Shown here in pieces: positions 28,296 to 35,795 of a DNA stretch of 35,795 nt. The number at the start of each line of letters is the position of its first letter. The first letter of the stretch is position 1. Both the position numbers and the translations under genes were made by a program. The notes under the pieces were generated by a model. It did no database searches, was not told the DNA's origin, and was given only the letters and a program-made list of their open reading frames with translations. Source of the stretch: Nemertoderma westbladi (taxonomy: Eukaryota; Animalia; Xenacoelomorpha); the NCBI GenBank assembly GCA_032718475.1, contig JAUCBJ010005120.1, positions 1-35,795 of the forward strand. The letters run 5' to 3'.

Positions 28296-31200
28296 GATTA
28301 GGCGGTATGAGGTACTGGATACGGTGGTATCGGGTACTGGATACGGTGGTATCAGGGACTGGATACGGTGGTATCAGGTACTGGATACGGTGGTATCAGG
28401 GACTGGATACGGTGGTATCAGGGACTGGATACGGTGGTATCAGGTACTGGATACGGTGGTATCAGGGACTGGATACTGTGGTATCAGGGACTGGATACGG
28501 TGGTATCAGGTACTGGATACGGTGGTATCAGGGACTGGATACGGTGGTATCAGGGACAGGATACGGTGGTATCAGGTACTGGATACGGTGGTATCAGGGA
28601 CTGGATACGGTGGTATCAGGGACTCGATTAGGCGGTATGAGGTACTGGATACGGTGGTATCGGGTACTGGATACGGTGGTATCAGGGACTGGATACGGTG
28701 GTATCAGGTACTGGATACGGTGGTATCAGGGACTGGATACGGTGGTATCAGGGACTGGATACGGTGGTATCAGGGACTGGATACGGTGGTATCAGGGACT
28801 GGATACTGTGGTATCAGGGACCGGATACGGTGGTATCAGGGACTGGATACGGTGGTATCAGGGACTGGATACGGTGGTATCAGGGACTGGATACGGTGGT
28901 ATCAGGGACTGGATACGGTGGTATCAGGGACTGGATACGGTGGTATCAGGGACTGGATACGGTGGTATCAGGGACTGGATACGGTGGTATCAGGGACTGG
29001 ATACGGTGGTATCAGGGACTGGATACGGTGGTATCAGGGACTGGATACGGTGGTATCAGGGACTGGATACGGTGGTATCAGGGACTGGATACGGTGGTAT
29101 CAGGTACTGGATACGGTGGTATCAGGGACTGGATACGGTGGTATCAGGTACTGGATACGGTGGTATCAGGTACTGGATACTGTGGTATCAGGGACTGGAT
29201 ACGGTGGTATCAGGTACTGGATACTGTGGTATCAGGGACTGGATACGGTGGTATCAGGGACTGGATACGGTGGTATCAGGGACTGGATACGGTGGTATCA
29301 GGGACTGGATACGGTGGTATCAGGGACTGGATACGGTGGTATCAGGGACTGGATACTGTGGTATCAGGGACTGGATACGGTGGTATCAGGGACTGGATAC
29401 GGTGGTATCAGGGACTGGATACTGTGGTATCAGGTACTGGATACGGTGGTATCAGGGACTGGATACGGTGGTATCAGGGACTGGATACGGTGGTATCAGG
29501 GACTGGATACGGTGGTATCAGGGACTGGATACGGTGGTATCAGGGACTGGATACGGTGGTATCAGGGACTGGATACGGTGGTATCAGGGACTGGATACGG
29601 TGGTATCAGGGACTGGATACGGTGGTATCAGGGACTGGATACGGTGGTATCAGGGACTGGATACGGTGGTATCAGGGACTGGATACGGTGGTATCAGGTA
29701 CTGGATACGGTGGTATCAGGTACTGGATACGGTGGTATCAGGGACTGGATACGGTGGTATCAGGGACTGGATACGGTGGTATCAGGGACTGGATACGGTG
29801 GTATCAGGGACTGGATACTGTGGTATCAGGGACTGGATACGGTGGTATCAGGGACTGGATACTGTGGTATCAGGGACTGGATACGGTGGTATCAGGTACT
29901 GGATACTGTGGTATCAGGGACTGGATACGGTGGTATCAGGGACTGGATACGGTGGTATCAGGGACTGGATACGGTGGTATCAGGGACTGGATACGGTGGT
30001 ATCAGGGACTGGATACGGTGGTATCAGGGACTGGATACGGTGGTATCAGGTACTGGATACGGTGGTATCAGGGACTGGATACGGTGGTATCAGGTACTGG
30101 ATACGGTGGTATCAGGGACTGGATACGGTGGTATCAGGGACTGGATACTGTGGTATCAGGGACTGGATACGGTGGTATCAGGGACTGGATACTGTGGTAT
30201 CAGGTACTGGATACGGTGGTATCAGGGACTGGATACGGTGGTATCAGGGACTGGATACGGTGGTATCAGGGACTGGATACGGTGGTATCAGGGACTGGAT
30301 ACTGTGGTATCAGGGACTGGATACGGTGGTATCAGGGACTGGATACGGTGGTATCAGGGACTGGATACTGTGGTATCAGGGACTGGATACGGTGGTATCA
30401 GGGACTGGATACGGTGGTATCAGGGACTGGATACGGTGGTATCAGGGACTGGATACGGTGGTATCAGGGACTGGATACTGTGGTATCAGGGACTGGATAC
30501 GGTGGTATCAGGGACTGGATACTGTGGTATCAGGGACTGGATACGGTGGTATCAGGGACTGGATACTGTGGTATCAGGGACTGGATACGGTGGTATCAGG
30601 TACTGGATACGGTGGTATCAGGGACTGGATACGGTGGTATCAGGGACTGGATACGGTGGTATCAGGGACTGGATACTGTGGTATCAGGTACTGGATACGG
30701 TGGTATCAGGGACTGGATACTGTGGTATCAGGGACTGGATACGGTGGTATCAGGGACTGGATACTGTGGTATCAGGGACTGGATACGGTGGTATCAGGGA
30801 CTGGATACGGTGGTATCAGGGACTGGATACTGTGGTATCAGGTGACTGGATACTGTGGTATCAGGGACTGGATACTGTGGTATCAGGTACTGGATACGGT
30901 GGTATCAGGGACTGGATACGGTGGTATCAGGGACTGGATACGGTGGTATCAGGGACTGGATACGGTGGTATCAGGGACTGGATACTGTGGTATCAGGGAC
31001 TGGATACGGTGGTATCAGGTACTGGATACTGTGGTATCAGGGACTGGATACGGTGGTATCAGGTACTGGATACGGTGGTATCAGGGACTGGATACGGTGG
31101 TATCAGGGACTGGATACGGTGGTATCAGGTACTGGATACGGTGGTATCAGGGACTGGATACGGTGGTATCAGGGACTGGATACGGTGGTATCAGGGACTG

Positions 31201-32437
31201 GATACGGTGGTATCAGGGACTGGATACTGTGGTATCAGGTACTGGATACGGTGGTATCAGGTACTGGATACGGTGGTATCAGGGACTGGATACGGTGGTA
31301 TCAGGGACTGGATACTGTGGTATCAGGTACTGGATACGGTGGTATCAGGGACTGGATACTGTGGTATCAGGGACTGGATACGGTGGTATCAGGGACTGGA
31401 TACGGTGGTATCAGGTACTGGATACTGTGGTATCAGGGACTGGATACGGTGGTATCAGGGACTGGATACGGTGGTATCAGGGACTGGATACGGTGGTATC
31501 AGGGACTGGATACGGTGGTATCAGGACTGGATACGGTGGTATCAGGGACTGGATACGGTGGTATCAGGGACTGGATACTGTGGTATCAGGTACTGGATCA
31601 CGGTGGTACCTCAGGGACTGGATACGGTGGCTATCAGGGACTGGATACGGTGGTATCAGGGACTGGATACGGTGGTATCAGGGACTGGATACTGTGGTAT
31701 CAGGTACTGGATACGGTGGTATCGGGGACTGGATACTGTGGTATCAGGGACTGCATACGGTGGTATCAGGGACTGGATACGGTGGTATCAGGGACTGGAT
31801 ACTGTGGTATCAGGGACTGGATACTGTGGTATCAGGGACTGGATACTGTGGTATCAGGTACTGGATACTGTGGTATCAGGGACTGGATACTGTGGTATCA
31901 GGGACTGGATACATGTGGTATCAGGGACTGGATACCGGCTGGTGTCAGGGACTGGATACTGTGGTATCAGGTACTGGATACTGTGGTATCAGGGACTGGA
32001 TCACGGTGGCCTGTCAGGGACTGGATACTGTGGTATCAGGGACTGGATACGGTCGTATCCGGCCCTCCCATCACCTGTGGTACGGGACTGATACCGGTAC
32101 TCAGGGACTGGATACGGTGGTATCAGGGACAGTATACGGTGGTATCAGGGACTGGATACGGTGGTATCAGGGACAGGATACGGTGGTATCAGGGACTGGA
32201 TACGGTGGTGTCAGGTACTGGATACGGTGGTGTCAGGTACTGGATACGGTGGTGTCAGGTACTGGATACGGTGGTATCAGGGACTGGATACGGTGGTATC
32301 AGGGACTGGATACTGTGGTATCAGGGACTGGATACTGTGGTATCAGGGACTGGATACTGTGGTATCAGGTACTGGATACTGTGGTATCAGGGACAGGATA
32401 CGGTGGTATCAGGGACTGGATACGGTGGTGGTATCAG
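28296..32437. repeat. 22-bp minisatellite, about 188 copies
   Basis: Unit GGACTGGATACGGTGGTATCAG with two common G/T variant sites and an internal hairpin GATAC-N4-GTATC. It degenerates around 31600-32100. Confidence 0.97.
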
Positions 32438-32520
32438 ATTTATATATAGGCCTAGCCTAATTACATCCCCCAATAGTATCTCCAATATTCATGTTGCTTC
32501 TTCGCAGTTCGGCCCTTAAA

Positions 32521-32903
32521 TGCCAAAACCGTCTATCTCATTTTTACATAGTTTTGAGAAAAACGCAAAATACATTCCAGGCCTGTCATTTGAATCCTGA
32601 CTGGTGGAAATCCTGTGAAATGATGTCATTAGGTAAGTTATAGTCGTAGAATTCTTTGAACGGCATATTTTAAACTGAAACTCCTATCTACATAGTGTAA
32701 TGTGAGATAGAAAGTATTTGCTTTTATGTTTTCATAGACATTTGTATGCCAAAACCGTCTATCTCAGAGTTAGTCTGTTTTGGAATGTATAAATTTGTAT
32801 GCCAAAACCGTCTATCTCAGAGTTAGTCTGTTTTGGGATGTATAAATTTGTTGTTTAACCTGAAGTTCTAGACATTCTTACTTGCCAAAATAGACTATCT
32901 CAG
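32521..32903. repeat. Clustered TGCCAAAACCGTCTATCTCA motif including a 53-bp tandem duplication
   Basis: Motif at 32521, about 32747 and about 32800, with a degenerate copy at 32883. Region 32741-32850 is two near-identical 53-bp units. Confidence 0.8.
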
Positions 32904-32910
32904 ATATAAA

Positions 32911-33510
32911 CCCTATCTGGCCCGGCTATTTTTAATACGTAATTGGTTAGAAAACAAAAATATATTGTGTTTGGTTTGATAATTCCGAAGGTACACGGGT
33001 TTTCGAGGTCGCTGATCCGATGGAACTTGTTAAAAATATTTCTGGTAAGTCAAACGTCACTTTTGGGCCATTCTGATGTCCCAGGATGAAAAGTTGAAGT
33101 TCATACTATTAAATTGTGCCTTTTTTTGGGTAATTCTGAATACTGGTTTTCGAGGTCGCTGATCATGATAGAACTCGTTAAAAATCTTTAGTGGTAACGG
33201 TAACGCAGCTATCCTTTTTAGTGCTTCTCTGGTGGGACGAAAAATGCAATTGTAGCATAAAACTTACAAATTTACATTTAATTTGGTTGGATAGATAATA
33301 CGATATTTAAGAGTCTCATATTCGTGATCAGCGTCCCAGAAAACCCTATTGTTATAAAATAAGGTTGATTTAGTAATGATTTTTCATTAATAAATTTGCT
33401 CTATACTTATATTTTTCGTGCCACACATTGACACATATCCAAAAATGCCCTAATCAACAATGTATGATATATTTCAGTGTCATGTTCGTGATCAGCATCC
33501 CAAAAAACAA
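32911..33510. mobile_element. MITE-like DNA transposon remnant with paired direct and inverted internal motifs
   Basis: GGTTTTCGAGGTCGCTGATC at 32998 and 33145; inverted relatives GATCAGCGTCCCAGAAAACC at 33326 and GATCAGCATCCCAAAAAAC at 33490. The left edge TAAA|CCCT loosely resembles a piggyBac-type terminus, but no matching right end was found. Confidence 0.45.
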
Positions 33511-33806
33511 ATCAAAAAATTCAATAAAGGTCATAAAATTGGCTTGATTTCCTGCTGATTTTTCATTATCTGTTTGCACTACTTGTTTTTTTCATTTTTG
33601 GAAAAAAATGACGGCTTTGGCATGTAAGGCTGTAAGGGCCGAGCAGCTTTCTCCAACCACATCGCTTGCTTTCTACAAAAATGAATAAAGGTACCGGTAA
33701 CTGGTAAAGCCACAATCTAAGCACCTGCCCGGTACCGGTACTGTACTGACACATACTGACATATACTGGTACTGATGTAGGACAAGCGACGCATGGTCAC
33801 CTGTAT

Positions 33807-34397
33807 TTATAAGCGAAATCGGAATGATTCCATAAAGTCCGGAGATTTCGATATAACGTGTTCGAATTCCGCAAAGGATAGTTTTCCGTCTTCGTCCAAA
33901 TCCGCCTCTTCGAATATATTCGCAATAAGTAACTTCATATCTTCTGGCGACAGCGATTGATTCTCTCCTGTCAAGCGTCCTACCATCTTTTCTATGTCAT
34001 CTCCTGATATAAAATCATCTCCATCAAAGTCGTATATCATAAACGCGTATTCAGTTTTAACATTCTTGGGTGCCGTATCGCTAAACACCGACATCATGTC
34101 GAGGAAATCTTCGAAGGATAAACTTCCGTCCTTATCAGGCGAGCTGGAGAACACGTCCGCAATGCGATCTTTAAATGGATTGGCTTGAAGTTCCGGCAAC
34201 TCGAAACAGTTCTTCTGACTTAGTCTATAGGATTTTAAGTCAACATTATTGATGTCTGTGTTGGCGTCGAGAGACATTTCAAGTAGCTGCTTAAATCGTT
34301 TAAATACATTTAGTATCTCTTTTCGTGAAAGGTAAGTCAACTCTTGGTATTCCTCCAATTGGGACTCACTGAATACTCCACTTTTTGTGTTACCCAT
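33807..34397 (-). CDS. CIB1: Calcium- and integrin-binding protein 1-like EF-hand protein (196 aa), intronless CDS
   Basis: N-myristoylation motif MGNTKS; CIB signatures EEYQELTYLSRKEIL, LPELQANPFKDRI, LSFEDFLDMMSVFSDTA; EF-hand loops DFDGDDFISGDD and DLDEDGKLSFAE; C-terminus SPDFMESFRFRL. Intact from ATG to stop, with AAACA-ATG context. Confidence 0.93.
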   Translation of the reverse strand: MGNTKSGVFSESQLEEYQELTYLSRKEILNVFKRFKQLLEMSLDANTDINNVDLKSYRLSQKNCFELPELQANPFKDRIADVFSSSPDKDGSLSFEDFLDMMSVFSDTAPKNVKTEYAFMIYDFDGDDFISGDDIEKMVGRLTGENQSLSPEDMKLLIANIFEEADLDEDGKLSFAEFEHVISKSPDFMESFRFRL

Positions 34398-35251
34398 TGT
34401 TTACGGTATCATTATCTTAAATTTTCTGTTCATAAGCTGATAGGACCTAAAGTCAGCAAGTTCCGTACAGTAGATCTGTCAGTCTGTCAGTCTGTAGACC
34501 TGTCTGCAATAACTTGCGCCAGATCTGCAGATAGTGCCATTAACAGATTAAACCGCGCCAGTCTGCCAGTGGCGGGTCCGAAATCGCGCCAATACCAACC
34601 TACCACTACCGGGTACCGGTACTAGAAAATTTTTTAAAAAACATAAAAATAAAACATTAAACTGTTAAACACATTTTCAAGCCATGCGTTAGGCCTAATA
34701 AAATTCATTATCCGGGTGGGATCTCTCTTTAAAACATCTGATATTTAATTGAAACAGCTGATATTTAATTGAAACGGCTGATTAGCTGATTAGTTTGGAA
34801 CATAATAGGCCTACTACCGGTACTGTACTATAAATTTTATTAATTTAAAATTAAAAAAAAAAATTAAAAATAAAAATTATAAATTTTTATAAATTTTTTG
34901 GCCTACAGTAGGCCTACCGTCTGACCGTATTCCTGTATTCGTATAAATTATCCGGCACCGGCCCTAGTGGAATCCTTACAAAAAGCGCGCCGGATAACGC
35001 GCCAGATATTATGAAAATCGCGCCGCGCCTAGTAATATTGGAAATCGCGCCGCGCCAACACTCTGAACTCTATAAATTGATGTGCGCCAGAAAAAATGTA
35101 GCATACAAATTAAAATACATTCGGCGCCAGTTAAGAATATATGCACGCCAGGAAATAATTTTGTTTTGAGCTCACTTAACATGCCACATACTGTATGATA
35201 CAACAATTAGGCCATCAGCACACAATAATGTTCAGGATTTATTAAGTATTA

Positions 35252-35670
35252 ATGTATTGCCGTCTTGGCACTTGGCATCAGTCGAAAATGTATCACCGTG
35301 ATTGGGCCATACTAGCAATAAACTTTGTTTGTATATTAATTGGGATTTATGTTCTGGAACCGATCACACAGACCATTGGAGTTATTCAAGGTGACATGCT
35401 ACTGAGCTATACCCTCTCATATTCATCTTGTTTGTTTCCGACCTCCCTGCAGTTATTATAGCAACTGGATGCCTTATATTCATGTATGCCGACGATCTAG
35501 TTATTTGTAGAAATTCCATTGCGCAAGTTCAGATTGGACTCGATGCATTACTTGACTACTGCAGAGACCACGACCTAACAGTCAATAGCTCAAAAATAAA
35601 AGTTGTTAAATTCAGACGTGGAGGTCGCTTATCACGGGACGATGTTCTGCATTACGATGGACAACTGTTA
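35252..35670 (+). pseudogene. Decayed non-LTR retrotransposon (LINE) reverse transcriptase fragment
   Basis: Motif GVIQGDML in one frame, then a frameshift near 35400-35415 to LIFILFVSDL...MYADDLVI...LDYC...LTVNSSKIKVVKF, matching conserved LINE RT motifs including the catalytic YADD. Truncated on both sides. Confidence 0.88.
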
Positions 35671-35795
35671 TTTCATTATTTTATAACTCGATGCAATCTA
35701 TTTACTTATTTATTTTACTTTTATCAGGTCACATTTTAGCGAGCAATTTTAACATAATTTTAGTAATCGCATTAATTCCAATATGTTTGGTTAAT

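Noticed and set aside
28199-32519. 1416-aa and 1255-aa Gly/Trp/Tyr-rich repeat proteins
   Set aside because: Translation of a 22-bp unit in all three frames, with frameshifting indels and no unique domains.
33994-34625. Short plus-strand ORFs overlapping CIB1
   Set aside because: Antisense shadows of the real CDS with no independent signal.

Overview
AT-rich eukaryotic (probably invertebrate animal) genomic DNA, roughly 80% tandem repeat. It holds five minisatellite/satellite arrays (29, 39, 20, 44/47 and 22 bp units) and a TTAGGG-like G-rich tract. All long repetitive ORFs in the ORF track are by-products of these arrays. Real coding content: an intact, intronless CIB1-like EF-hand gene (33807-34397, minus), a frameshifted non-LTR reverse transcriptase fragment (about 35252-35670), and two phase-compatible plus-strand candidate exons of an unidentified gene (4559-4700, 8382-8548). 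The 39-bp array is an amplified 3' splice site of the first of these exons. The intron between the two exons is almost entirely a 3.5-kb non-autonomous TIR element, which contains the 20-bp array, the telomere-like tract and a Penelope-type minimal hammerhead ribozyme motif. A tRNA-derived SINE-like head and MITE-like remnants are also present. No database searches were run; identifications come from manual reading.
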